Notes: a model not told the origin generated them from the letters alone. A stretch of DNA of 64,000 nt from Octopus sinensis (GCF_006345805.1 NC_043010.1:56606001-56670000), one strand, 5' to 3'. Shown: positions 12,653 through 25,120, counted from the first letter of the stretch. Translations and numbers: made by a program.

Positions 12653-14125
12653 AAGGCAGCAAGATGGCAGAACTGTTAGCACTAAGGCAAAATGCTTAGT
12701 GGCATTTCTGTTGAGATCGACTTTGCCTTTCATCCCTTCGAGGGTCACTAAAATAAGTACCAGTCGAGTGTAGGGAGTTGATGTATCAGGTCATCCCATA
12801 AGTTGTGTCCAATTTTCCTTTTTTTGAAATTGAATGAAATTTAATAGTATTTTAGAAAGTTTAATGGAATTAAAAATTATCCTTAAGCATTTGTGTACAT
12901 TTGAACTAATTAAATATTATTTTACAGAATAATAGAATTAAAATTTCTTTGATTAAAACTCTTTCTAACATGGAAGTATCCAAAGAGCATTTAAGGCACA
13001 TAATGCTTTATGAGTACAAAAAAGGAAACTGCAGCCAAAGTGACTCGAAACATGCACTCAGTTTATGGGAAAGAACTTGCAGAAGATGGTTTCCAAAATT
13101 CAGAAGTGGAGATTTCAGCCTTGAAGGTGAAGATCGAACAGGACATCCAGTTGAGTTTGATGATAAGCTCCTTGAGGCATTACTTTAAGAATATCCTGCA
13201 TTATCAGTTGAAGAATTGGCAATAAAAGCTTAGTTCAAACCATACAACTGTTCATCATCATCTTCAACAACTTGAAAAGTGGGTGCCTCATGAATTGTCC
13301 GAAAGCAACCGCAAATCCTGAGTTGACATCGGCTCTTCTCTCCATTCTCGCAAACTCATTTCACCCTTTTTGGATAGACTTGTGACTGGTGACAAAAAAT
13401 GGATCTTCTATTGAAATGTTAAACATTGTAAACAGTGGCTTGGTAAAAGGTAAAAAGCTCAACCACAACCGAGAAGGGAACTTCATGGGAAAAAGGTTCT
13501 TCTCTCCATCTGGTGGGATTGCAAAGGAGTAATTCCCTTTGAATTGTTACTACCTAATGCAACAATCAATGATCAAGTCTACTGTCAGCAATTAGAATGT
13601 TTGAACCAAGCTTTGAAGAAAAAAAGACCTGCTTTAGTGAATGGAAAGGGAGTGATGTTTCATCAGGACAATGCGTGACACACTGCAAAGATCACCTCAC
13701 AGAAGATCGAAGAGCTTGGTTGGGAAAAAATTCCTTATCCACCTTATCCACCCGACCTTGCTCCTTCAGACAACTATTTGTTTTGTAGTTTACAGAATCA
13801 TTGGAGGGGGGGGGGGGGGACATAACTTTCGCATGCCAGGAGGAGGTCGAAACTGACATTTCAGAGTTCTTCGCTTTGAAACCAAAAGAGTTTTACATTG
13901 ATGGGATTAAAAAGCTTGTAAATAGATGGAAGGAAGTCATAGATAATCAGGGAAAGTACATTGATGATTAAATTTCCATTAAATATAACATTTGATCACT
14001 TGTTTTCTTTATTCAAAATTCGGACAGAACTTATGGGATGACCTTATAATTGGCTTAAACTGCCTCCCCTCCACCACCACAACAAACTTTCAGGCCTTGT
14101 GCCTAGAATAGAAAGGATTATTATT
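12653..14125 (+). mobile_element. tRNA-derived SINE (12653-12785 plus 14047-14125) split by a mariner insertion
   Basis: Same superfamily as 9290-9520. The SINE text gatgTA|attggcttaaac is continuous once the mariner and one TA are removed. Confidence 0.7.
12786..14046 (+). mobile_element. Full-length (1261 bp) inactivated mariner, D,D34D type
   Basis: TA TSDs at 12784-85 and 14047-48, with ~30-bp TIRs (T(C/A)AGGTCATCCCATAAGTT(G/C)TGTCC). Frameshifted transposase from ATG 12970: MEVSKEHLRHIMLYEYKKG, WVPHEL, LVTGDKKW, FHQDNA, PYPPDLAPSDNYLF, GKYIDD*. Confidence 0.97.
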
Positions 14126-14229
14126 TACCTTTTTGTATTTTTGTCAGGGTGGTTCTTATAACCTGGTCACTTTTCAACTTTGACAACTGGCTACAACCCC
14201 TAGTCTTAGGTACCAAGCATCCCCCTCCT

Positions 14230-14900
14230 AGCCTTTTCCAGTACTTTTAGTTAATCTAATCCTTGGGTGTCCTTCATATTATTTTCCAAGAAGCAGCTCT
14301 ACCTCACAATCTCCTTTGATCTTCTCAGTCCATTTTGCAATGGTGTCCTTCGCTGCTCCTAATATTCCTAAAATTACTACAATGATAGTCACTTTCTTCA
14401 TTTTCCGTATCCTGATGATTTCATACGTGTTATAATTTGTCAACGATTCTGCTTCCTATTTTCTATTCATGTTTCGAACGGACATGATGGCTCAGTAAGG
14501 AGACACAGCTTACAAATCCTATCAACAATGGTGATGGCAGGTTTGTCATGGTGTAAGTGCTTATCTGATTCTACGACACTCTGATAGAAATCTTCTCTCA
14601 GTTTGGTATTCATACTATGTCTTCACATGCTCAGATCCCTATTTCTGGCAAAGTTTCCAATGTGTGATCCCAGTAACTTGGTATAGGTGTCAAGCCTTGT
14701 ACTCTCTCCCAGTGCAAGCATTAAACGAGCCACTCCCTCATTCCCCATACCATGCAGTCTGCAGAGAGACAACATCACTTCCCCAAACAAATCTACTCTT
14801 GGCATTTGTTGTATTACATTAGTCCTCAGCAACCACTATGGTATTCTTAGCTTCCTTTCTCAAAGACCCTTTTCTAAGCCAATCCCAAGAATTCTTTCCT
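14230..14900 (-). mobile_element. R4/Dong-like (restriction-like endonuclease) LINE 3' fragment
   Basis: Minus frames give LRTNVI...SLCRLHG, DKHLHHDKPAITIVDRICKLCLLTEPSCPFET and YEIIRIRKMKKVTIIVVILGILGAAKD. These correspond to the CCHC, PD..D and IGALG motifs of RLE LINEs. Confidence 0.7.
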
Positions 14901-16084
14901 TGTGATTATTATTATAAGAAGGCAGGACTGGACAAAATGCTTAGCAACATTTCATCTGAGTTCAAATTCCTCCAAAGTCGACTTTACATTTCGTCCTTTT
15001 GAGACCCATACTGGGGGCCAATGTAATTGATGCCCCGACTCCTCAAAAACTGTTAGCCCTGCTCCAGAATTTGAAACCATTGTTATTCATTCCCCAACCA
15101 GTTTTGGGCAATACACTGTACACACACACACACACACATCAGTTGAGCAAAAGAAGTTGCACTTTATATATAGAGAATGAATGGGGAGTGAAAGTGGTGA
15201 TGGTCTGTTTCAGAGCACCTTTGGGTTGGAGACAATTGTAGATAACTTTCAAAAATCCTTGACCTGGCATTACTCCACAGTTACATAAATGCTGCCTGGC
15301 AGAACTGTCTGGGATCCATGCAAAGTGGAAAAACCCTACAACACACACTTGTACAGTGTCTCAACATTGCTGACTTCAGTTGTGTTGAACATCCATTTTC
15401 CCATTTAAGACAAATCTGGTTCAGCTGAGTTTGTTGCGACAATTGTCCCACCTTCCTTCTGTCCTTCTGTAACAAAGATGGACAAGCAGTATTTCTCTGT
15501 CTGCAGAATCTGGCAAAAAAAGGTTCTGTGGTAGATGAGGTTGACCGGACTGGCTTCTTTCTTCTTTCGTCAAACCCCTATCAACATATTCTAGTTCCCT
15601 TCAGAAAGGAAAATAAAGACGGAGAGAAAAGGTTCTCTGCATATTTGTTGAAAAATGGGTAACTATCAAAAATGGTTAGAATGAATGGAATTATTCTAAG
15701 TATGTGTCTCTAGATTGGAAAACAACAGTTGAGATATGGTTTGTGCCCTGCCTTAATGGTCAGGGAGACACTTGGCCTGTGAACTTCTTTCACTGATCCT
15801 AGTTGGAATCTTGTCAGAGAGACTGCAGCTATATATGGGTATGTATGTATACACACAGACACACACTCTTATAGTGACGTGCTGAGATGTGTATAATAAT
15901 AATAAATGATGTGTTTTATTTGCAAGAAGAGCATCGGATGAGGCCTATATTAGGGGACACACACACACACACACATATATCCTTTTATTAATATTTAGCA
16001 AAAGCAACAGAGTGACTCAAGGTGCAAGAGTTTGTGCATTGGCACTAAGTATTCAAGCTCCTCTCCAAGTCATATACACACTCA

Positions 16085-16295
16085 TAGGATTGGTTTCCGT
16101 GACATCTCTATTCCCCACCTGGATAGGACACTAATCTGGTGCAGGGCTGCTCCCTTTTGCCAGCCGAGTGAACTGGAGCAACAAGAAATGAAGGGTTTTG
16201 CTCAAGAACACAATGTGTTGCCCAGTCCAGGAATTGAAACTTCACTCTTACAATCATGAGAGTCCAACACCCTAACCACTAAGCTATGCACCTCC
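16085..16295 (-). mobile_element. tRNA-derived SINE
   Basis: Minus head ggaggtgcatagcttagtggttagggtgttggactc...gtttcaattcctgg. Related to 59190-59430. Confidence 0.8.
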
Positions 16296-16439
16296 ACACA
16301 CACACACATATACACATACAAACACACACACCTATATATGTGTGTGTGTGCACATAGTTATTTGTGCAGGTTATGAAATTGGATGTGAAATATGAGAATA
16401 AAACATGAAATGTGTGTAGAAAGTTATTCATAGAATTGT

Positions 16440-16443
16440 TAGA

Positions 16444-16474
<31 letters not shown>

Positions 16475-17000
16475 GGTGGTGGTGCTACAGCTACTGGTGT
16501 GTATTGGTAGATTCTACAACTGTTGGTGCTGGTGGTGGAATAGTATCACACACACACATAATGTATTGATAGTTTATTATACTAATACTACTAGTGGTGG
16601 TCATGGAACTACTAACATGGGTGGCAGTGGTACTACAGAGACTGATGTATATTTTAGTAGTTGATAGTTTACTCCTACTACCACCACCACCACTGACTTA
16701 CTATTGCTACTGTTACTACTATTATTGGTGGAGGGGGGGGGCATACAACAGATATTGGTAATAATGGTTGCTGCAGTATTGGTTGTAGTAGAAGTGGTGT
16801 CAATAGTATTACTTGTGGAGGTTGTAGTGTTGGTGGCTGTGGTTATTACAGTATTGGTTATAGTATTAGCTGTTGTGGTGGTGGTGTTGATTGTGGAAGC
16901 TGCAATGGTGCTGGTGGTAGTAATAGTCGAATGGTAAGACCACTGCATGTGGTAGTAGTGATGATTGTAGTATGGACTGTAGTAGTGGTGGTGAGGAGAG
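16440..17000. repeat. Mixed trinucleotide low-complexity tract (TAC/TAG/GGT/GTA)
   Basis: Seen directly. It explains the Thr-rich and Val-rich ORFs 16601-17260 and 16704-16937. Confidence 0.85.
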
Positions 17001-18270
17001 GTTACGGATGCAGTGGTGGTGATGTTGAAGCATGTCGGAGGCAATGGTGAGAATTGCAGAAAGTTGTTGGGGGTGGGGGGTGATTTTGAGAAAGAGAGAA
17101 GGAAGAAGGTTAAAGAAGGAGGAATGAAAGCAAAGAGAGTGGTAGTGAGAGCAGGTGAATAGAAAGAGGTGTCATTTGTGGGATGGGGAGGCGAGTGGGG
17201 GAGAGAGAGAGAGATTGGCCAGTGGTGCTGGGAGGAGGAGTGACCTTTAGAAAGTGGCAAAAGTGAGGTTGTGGTAAAAGGAAGGAATTAGGTGAGAGTG
17301 GGAGGGAATTTAGAATTTTAGGATTAAGGAATGGTTTTTTTTCCCCCACCCACGTCTTGCCCTCCATCATCCCTCTCCCCAGTATATCACTGGTTTCTAC
17401 AGCTAGGGATGCTTGATAACAGTGACATACCAACTAGCTTGCTGCTGTGGCAAGCATGCCTTTCTTTGTGTCATAAACTGAGGTTTAACTTTGGAATTTT
17501 ACCTCCATTGCAGTGGGGGGAGGGGAGAGAGTATAATAATAGTGGTGGTGGTGGTGGTGGTGGTGGTACTACAGTAGTAATGTTGATGGTAAGGTGGTTG
17601 AGTGGTCTCTAGTGTTGTGTTGTGTTGAAGTATTTCAGTTTCTGTTGGTTGCGTGGTCATGGATGTTGTTGATTCTAAGACACACACACACACACACACA
17701 CTTATATACAGGAGTGAGTGTCTGTGTGTTTCAGTGGACATAGATTTTAAGCAAATCATTCGCTGTTCATTTTTTTTGTGCATTATTGCATGCACTTTTG
17801 ACTTCCTTTTCAGATGAGTTGTTGTGCACCTGAGCACTGTATACAATAAGTTCACTATATACGTGTGTATTTGTATGTATATATGTCATCATTATCATTC
17901 TTTAACGTCCATTGTCCATGCTGGCATGGGTTGGACAGTTTGACCAGGGCTGGTAAGCTGGGAGGCTGCACCAGACTCCAGTTAGAGTTGGTATGGTTTC
18001 TACAGCTGGATGCCCTTCCTAATGCCAACCACTCCGACAGTGTGAGCTGGGTGCTTTTAACATGGCACTGACACAGGATTCTTCCCCAGGGGAAGTGGCC
18101 TCAACGCTTCTTGCTGTGGAGGATGGGTCTCCTTGTGGACAGCAAGGTGCCAGCTATTTTTGTCCTTTGTCATCTTGTCTGAAAGGCTCAGCATCCTGAG
18201 GTTGTTCTTCAATACCTTGTCTCATGTCTTCCTGGGTTCCCTCTTCTGTGTGTATATATATATATATATA

Positions 18271-18398
18271 CAGGGTGTCCCAAAAAAATGTATACACACC
18301 TTAAATAATTGTAAATTTGTTATTCTTTGCAAGCCTAGTACTTATTCTATCGTTCTCTTTTGCCGAACCATTATGTGTATACATTTTTGGGGGACACC

Positions 18399-18401
<3 letters not shown>
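18271..18401. mobile_element. Tc1/mariner-type MITE (131 bp) within (TA)n
   Basis: TIRs CAGGGTGTCCCAAAAAAATGTATACAC and GTGTATACATTTTTGGGGGACACCCTG, with TA flanks. Confidence 0.85.
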
Positions 18402-18438
<37 letters not shown>

Positions 18439-18469
18439 GTGCATGCACATGTGAGTGTGTGTGTATGTA

Positions 18470-18774
18470 GGCACATGGCTTAGTGGTTAAGGTATTTGGC
18501 TTGTGACCATAAGGTCATGAGTTCAATTCCTGGCGGTGCGTCATATCCTTGAGCAAGACACTTTATTTCACATTGCTCCCATCCACTCAGCTGGCAAAAA
18601 CAAGTAGTACCTGTAATACAAAGAGGGAAGCCTTGTCACACTCTGTGTTATGCAAAGAACTACATTAAGGGCACATGTGTCTGAGGAATACTCAGCCACT
18701 TGCAAGTTAATTTCATGAGCAGGCTGTTCCGTTGATCGGATCAACTGCAACCCTTGTCACCATAACTGAGTGCC
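18470..18774 (+). mobile_element. tRNA-derived SINE
   Basis: A box tggcttagtggttaag, B box gagttcaattcc, central ccttgagcaagacactttatttcacattgctcc. A sister copy lies at ~25285-25578. Confidence 0.85.
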
Positions 18775-18971
18775 AACATATATAGGTGCGTGTATATATA
18801 TGAGTGTGTGTGAGAGAGACTGTCATTGCGGTATTGAGTACACACGAACTGAAGAAAGCACTCAATACCTGGCAGAAGATGCACAGTCCCCCGTTTCTGT
18901 TAACCAGTGGATACCTGCTAACAGTAGTTTCTAAACAGTCCCTGCTCTTTTCAAAGATAAAATTCACTTTA

Positions 18972-20358
18972 CATCATTGAACGCCTGCTTTCCATGCTGG
19001 CATGAGTTGGACAGCTTCTGAGGAGCTTGGCAGAGCCCTCTGGGTCACCAGCTCCTCTGTCTGCTTTGCCAGGGTTCCTACTGCTCGATGTTCTTCCTAA
19101 TACCAGCTACTTTTACAGAATGTCCTGGGTGCATTTTATGTGGCACCAGTGAGGTCAAGTAACTTGCAAGACAACCCCCCCCCCTCAGCTGAAATGGTCG
19201 GGTGGGGGAGTAGTATTGAAGGAGATGGCTTTGTGCCAGGTGATGCGAGGCTGGAAACAGGCCCTTTGCTACAGAGAAGCTAGATGGCAACCCTAGCTGG
19301 AGGGGAGAGATAGTGTTGCTGAAGATATGTCAGGGCATAGCCTTGAGGTAGGAGGAGGTGAATGAGAGTGGGGTGGAGGATTGGGCAGGGAGAGGACAGG
19401 AGAAGGGGAATGCAGTGAGTTGTGATCTCAAGTGTACAGGGGGGGGAGTGGCTGGACAGCAATGATGCAATTGTTAGGGGGAGGGGATAGAGAGAGGGCT
19501 GACAAAGGGATTTGGGGCTGCAGAAACAGGTGGAAAGGGAGACAAGAGGAAAAGGAATCTTGAGAAGTAGTTTGATATATGAAGGGTGGGGGGGGGGTGG
19601 AAGGTGAATTAATGTAATGTGGGGATGCTTCCAGAACTCTATTTCACTGAGGTGGTCAGGTCTTCTCAAGAACCTCATCTTGCCAGACATCAAGGTCCAT
19701 TGTCATCTCTTCTGTGAAGCTCAGCCTCTTCAGATCAGCCCTCACTGCTTCACTCCATGTCTTCCTGGGTCTCTCTCTTGCAGGTTCCATCCGCTTCTTC
19801 ATACGACTCTCCCTATCCATACACATCACATGACCAAACAGTTTTACTCTCTTGTATGCTACATCTGATTACTCTTCTCTCAATACATTTACGCTTTGTT
19901 GCACATGCACATTAATATTGCAAAAACAGCAGAGCATACAGGCTTCATTCATCTCCAGACATCACATGTTCCTTGTATTCAGGACCCACATATCACTACC
20001 ATGGAGCATTGCTGTTTGTACCCAAACCTCATACAATCTGCTTTTCACTCTGAACTTTCTCCAACCTGTTCTTATTCCAGCAACCTTAGTTTCAGAACAT
20101 CCTCTTCCACTACTAATTAGGTCACCCAGATAACGAACACTCTCCACAACCTCTAGGGAGCCTCCTGGGCATTTCAGAAAATCTCATTGCCATGGATCCT
20201 TTCTGTTTATTATTCCTGTGCATCTGCCACATCTAAAGACTACTTTCTTTTTTAACTTTCCTGTGATTCCACTGCATCTCTTATGTGTCCATAGCTTGCA
20301 CTGGATGCAACGAATGGAATTCCTTCCTACAAATTGAGCAGAGCCTTTTACCTGATAA
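18972..20358 (-). mobile_element. Degraded RTE LINE 3' portion
   Basis: Minus ESVRYLGDLISSGRGCSETKVAGIRTGWRKFR...RLYEVWVQTAMLHGSDMW (RT thumb region), followed by the RTE 3' UTR. Confidence 0.8.
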
Positions 20359-20680
20359 TCTTATACGCATGCGCGTGCACACACACACACACACTGACAT
20401 TGCCTGCACAAATGCCAGACATGTCTAAGCTATATAAATGAATCAAATAGCAAATGAGATTTAAATATTTATTATATTTTAATGATAGAACAGTTGAGAA
20501 GAGGTTACCTACAGGGTATGTTGCTTAATTAGCAGGGGTCACCTTATACATGTCCATCATTGGTTCATTTTAGATCTGTATCTCTATACTGTCATAAGTT
20601 GGACTTACATATGTGTAACTTACTGCTCTCCTTTTCCCAGACAATTAAAGCATTCTGGTGACTTCCTTGCAGCCATCTTT

Positions 20681-20781
<101 letters not shown>

Positions 20782-21856
20782 AAAGCATTTATAAAATAAT
20801 TATACAGATGTGAATATAAATGTAATTTTAAAAAAACAGACAACTCAGGAAAATGAAAGTTTGTTGTAGTTCTTCACAGATAGGTTAGATAATCTGAAAG
20901 TTTGAACTTTACAAATAAAAGAGAAGAGAATATGGATAATTCTTTACAGCTGTTTCTGGGGCATGGTGCTTAGTAAGTGCAGGATTATGCATTGTCTGCA
21001 CATAACATGATATGAATTGGTGTTAGTGAATGCATATAAAATAACACAAATTTTAAATTCTATTAACACTCCTCCTCCATCATCATCGTCGTTTGACATC
21101 CATTTTTCATGCTTATATGCATTTGACAGATTGATGGTATCCAACAGGCTGCAGGACTGCATCAAGCTTCAATGACAGCTTTGGCATGGTTCTACAGTTG
21201 AATGCCCTTCGTGTACTGGATGCTTTTTGTGAAGTTGCCTAGTAAGTTATAAGAAAAGAAAGAGAAAAGGAAAGAATCCCCCTCAACTAAATGGTGGGAA
21301 GTATTTTAGGGTAACGGGGAGATGGCTTTATGCCAGCTGTTGGGAAGCTAAAGTATGATAGACGAATGTATGGTTTCTGGCTATAGAGGAGACTTTTGAC
21401 TGCCTTGCATTTATTAAGGGTGAATGAGAGTAGCTGGGAAGAAGATAAGATGATACAGCGATGGGGTGCCGAATTTGTGTTATTTCATATGCTTTAACCA
21501 ACACCAATTTCATGGATATGTACACACCAGAAACAGCTGTAAAGGATTATCCGTATTCTCTTCTGTGAAGTTTGAATATGAACTCTCTGGGTATCTCTCT
21601 ATCTATGAAAAACTACTACAAGTTTTCGCTTTTCTGATTTTGATGCTTTTTCTGTTTAATTATATTTATACTCACTTCTGTAAAACAATTTTATAATTGT
21701 TTTGATGTCTTAATAACCATTTGTCAATCTTATTATATTGCCATTAACTAGCTCTTGATTACCTGGATTCTGTCTCACTTTACTCAGATTTTTCATACCT
21801 TGTCAACTCTAATTGCCTCTATTGTGCACTTTTCTGATGTATATTTACCCATGCTT

Positions 21857-21879
<23 letters not shown>

Positions 21880-21889
<10 letters not shown>

Positions 21890-22330
21890 TAATAAATAAA
21901 ATAAAACATATGCATATATATAAACATATATGTACGTACCTACCTCTACATGTACATATACACGCATATATGAGTACAGGACACCAAAGGGACGTCGAAC
22001 ACAAAGAGAAACGAAAACATAGACACAAACCAAAGGAACTGGACATTTAAAAAAAAAAATAGAGTACAGGACAATTAACACAAAGAAAAAACCCCTTCTT
22101 CAGTCATTAAGGTTTCATCTACTCTACGTTTCGAAGGATAAAAGCGAGACGTATCTTTGACAAGAAACTTTCCTTCCTGCGAAAAGCAAATCAATTAAAA
22201 TTCTGAGATCTTTTCACAGAGGGGTAAAAAATGGTAACAAAAACAGGACAGTAACAACAGTACAAATTATAAACAGTAAAAGACAGGACAAGGAAAAACA
22301 AGATAAGAAGGGCTGTTAACGCCGAATGAA
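21880..22330. repeat. Unclassified interspersed repeat, homologous to ~60095-60410
   Basis: Both copies share gagtacaggacaccaaa..acgtcgaac.caa.gagaaacgaaaacata...ccccttcttcag...ctact. Possibly Penelope-associated (inference). Confidence 0.7.
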
Positions 22331-22480
22331 AAAAGTATTGCGAACGTGGAATTTTTTATGAACGACGAGCGGAGCAAAAAGAATTGTCGTCCATTACCTT
22401 GAGAGGGTCAGGGGAGAGAGACAGCAGCGGAAGTCTCGTCGCGGGTGAACGACGGGAAGGGGGAGGAGGAGCAAGATATA
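22330..22480 (-). promoter_or_regulatory. CpG-rich promoter-like patch with ETS motif and possible first-exon donor
   Basis: Dense CpGs in an otherwise CpG-poor background. GCGGAAGT at 22427-22434; minus-strand donor CAAG|gtaatg with the exon ending at 22398. Confidence 0.35.
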
Positions 22481-22530
22481 TATATATTTATATATGTATG
22501 TGTGTATGTATATATATATGTATAGTTGTT

Positions 22531-22772
22531 CATTATTTACATTTAACGGATATTTGTCCTCGTCTTGTTTGTTGTTAACACAATGTTTCGGCTGATATAC
22601 CCTCCAGCCTTCATCAGGTGTCTTGGGGAAATTTCAAACCTGGGTTCTCATTCCAAAGGTATTTTTTTATGTTGTTGTTGTTCTTCTTCTTCTTCTTCAA
22701 ATCTTTGTCTGGAATCGAACTCGGAATCTTGGGGTTAGTAGCCCGCACTCTTAACCATTACGCCATATGCCA
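22531..22772 (-). mobile_element. Composite tRNA-head + hammerhead-bearing short element, left copy
   Basis: Minus: A box TGGCGTAATGG, B box GAGTTCGATTCC, (GAA/CAA)n linker, then a body containing the HHR at 22577-22622. Confidence 0.8.
22577..22622 (-). ncRNA. Minimal type I hammerhead ribozyme motif, family A
   Basis: GACAC-CUGAUGA-A-GGCUG-gaggguauau-CAGCC-GAA-AC-AU-U-GUGUU. Stem I GACAC/GUGUU, stem II GGCUG/CAGCC, intact core, 2-bp loopless stem III with a probable CpG-decay mismatch. Confidence 0.75.
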
Positions 22773-23065
22773 TGGCATTGTGGTTAAGGGCGCAGGCTAC
22801 TAATCCCCAAGATTCCAAGTTTGATTCCAGGCAGTGACCTGAATAATAATAATAATAATAACAATAACAACATCGAAAAATACCTTAGGAACGAGAACCC
22901 AGGTTTGAAATTTCCCCAAGACATCTGATGAAGGCTGGAGGGTCCCCAAGATACCTCAAGAAGGCTGGAGGGTACATCAGCCGAAATGTTGTGTTAACAA
23001 CAAACAAGATGAGAACAAATATACGTCAAATGTAAATAATTCCTCAACTCTTAAATATAGAACTG
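22773..23065 (+). mobile_element. Composite tRNA-head + hammerhead-bearing short element, right copy (head-to-head with left)
   Basis: tggcattgtggttaagggcgcaggctactaatccccaag..gtttgattcc, (AAT)n linker, same body. The HHR region (22920-22995) has a ~31-bp internal duplication: CUGAUGA-A-GGCUG...CAGCC-GAAAUGUU-GUGUU. Confidence 0.8.
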
Positions 23066-23240
23066 TATAGGTGTTGTTGGTAATTTCTTTTCCTTCTTTG
23101 AACTTTTTCCTTTCTCCATTCCAATGAAGAGCTATACTTGAAACATCAAACTCTTTTCACCGAGCGTCAAGCTAATGCATTCCTTATGCACGTCCCCCTG
23201 TTGTTTGTTTGTTTTATTATTTGTTTATTTGAATGAACTA
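23060..23240 (+). repeat. Decayed copy of HHR family B element
   Basis: ccaatga-a-gagc-tat-actt-gaaac-atc-aaac then ttcaccgagcgtcaagctaat...cacgtcccctgttg. Homologous to 34134-34460 read on the minus strand; core mutated. Confidence 0.5.
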
Positions 23241-23324
23241 TTTACTGCACCCTCACACACACACCGTCCACACCCTTCCAACTGATTGGGAGACCTGGTT
23301 CATGGATTTCTTATTTTACCCTAG

Positions 23325-25120
23325 GAGATAGCTTCATACAATGTGGAAGACAACTGGAGGTTTCTACGGGACAATCTGCTAAGGGCCACTGACCAGATCT
23401 GTGGATGGTGCAAAATCCCCTCTCGACCCAAAATAACGTGGTGGTGGAACAATGTTGTTGACAGGGCTATTAGAGAAAAGAGACAGGCTTGGAAGGACTG
23501 GAAGAACGGTGGTAGCAGGGAAGTGTATCAGACTGCCAGAAGGGAAGCTAGGAGACAGGTTTATTTAGCCAGAGTGGATGCAGATAAGAAAAAACTTTGC
23601 CAATGTCCTGTGCCATAAGGACCAAGACAGGGTATGAGAGAGAATCATGATGTGGTAGGAGAGAAATGTGTTTGCATGGATGATGGTTCACTTGCACTAA
23701 ATGAGGCTGCAAAAAGAGAGGTTTGGAGACGCCACTATGAAAGGTTGCTGAATAAAGAAAATGAATGGGAGAAAGAGAATCTGTCAAATATTGACCCAAC
23801 AGAGGGACTAGCTATCTGAGTTGACAGTAGCTTGGTAGATAAAGCAATTAAGAGTATGAAGACAGGGAAAGACCCCAGCCCCTCAGGAATCACTGCAGAG
23901 ATGCTCAAAATATCTGGCAGTGTCGGCTATAGCGTTGTCACCCGTATAGTTAACCAGGTGATACATGAAGGAGTCATACCCAATGACTGGTGTAGCAGCA
24001 CTATAGTCAACTGCTACAAGGGTAAAGGTGACACTTTAGATACAAATAATTACAGAGATATCAAGTTGTTGGATCAGGTAAAGATCACGGAGAGGGTCAG
24101 AGCCCAACTAATTAGGGAGAGAGTCAGTTTAGATGAGATGCAGTTTGGGTTCATGCCAGGGAAAAGTGCCACTGATGCTATATTCCTGGTGCAGCAACAG
24201 CAGGAGAAATACCTAGTCAAAGATAAATCCCTATATTCAGAGAAAGCCTTTGATAGGGTCCCCCGATCCCTCATCTGGTGGTCAATGAGGAAACTAGGGA
24301 TAGATGAATGGTCAGTGAGAGCTGTGCAAGCCATGTACAGGGATGCTGTCAGTAGGGTGAGGGTTGGCAACGAGTACAGTGAGGAATTCCAGGTAGAGGT
24401 AGGGATCCACCAAGGTTCAGTCCTCAGCCCCCTTCTATTTATCATAGTCCTCCAGGCGATAACAGAAGAATTCAAGACAGGATGCCCCTGGGAGCTCCTC
24501 TATGCTGACGACCTTGCTCTAATTGCTGAGTCACTATCAAAACTAGAGAAGTTTCAGGTGTGGAAGCAAGGATTAGAATTGAAGGGCCTTAGAGTCAACC
24601 TAGCTAAAACCAAAGTTCTCATAAGTAGGAAGACAGACAAACCACAAATCCCTTCAGGTAGATGGCCCTGCTCAATCTGTAGAAAAGGCGTAGGTAGAAA
24701 CTCAATAAGGTGTACCCAGAGTAAGCTGCTAGAATAAGAATAGCCTGGGCAAAGTTCAGAGAGCTCTTACCTCTGCTGGTGATAAAGGGCCTCTCGCTCA
24801 GAGTAAAAGGTAGACTGTATGACGCATTTGTATGAACAACCATGTTGCGTTGCAGTGAAACATGTGCACTGGCTCCTGTGCAGGTGACATGTAAAAAACA
24901 CCATTTGAGCGTAGCCGTTGCCACCTGACTGGCCCTTCTGCTGGTGGCATGTAAAAGCACCCACTACATTCTCTGAGTGGTTGGCGTTAGGAAGGGCATC
25001 CAGCTGTAGAAACTCTGCCTGATCAGATTGGAGCCTGGTGCAGCCATCTGGTTTGCCAGTCCTCAGTCAAATCGTCCAACCCATGCCAGCATGGAAAGTG
25101 GACGTTAAACGATGATGATG
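23325..25120 (+). mobile_element. 5'-truncated, internally deleted RTE LINE with RT domain
   Basis: ORF 23832-24737 has QFGFMPGKSATDAIF, KAFDRVPR, GIHQGSVLSPLLF and LYADDL. Upstream frames have stops and frameshifts. Ends catggaaagtggacgttaaac(gat)3g. Confidence 0.95.

Noticed and set aside
16601-17260. 219-aa Thr/His-rich, mucin-like ORF
   Set aside because: Derived from mixed trinucleotide and purine-rich low-complexity DNA; no splice context.
22100-22150. GAAACGUA followed by CUGAAGAAG on the minus strand (also near 60300-60345) as a permuted hammerhead
   Set aside because: No stem I can form between the cleavage triplet and CUGA, so the topology fails.
22700-22830. tRNA genes at this and other A/B-box sites
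   Set aside because: Cloverleaves and acceptor stems are incomplete and each continues into a repeat body. They are SINE heads.
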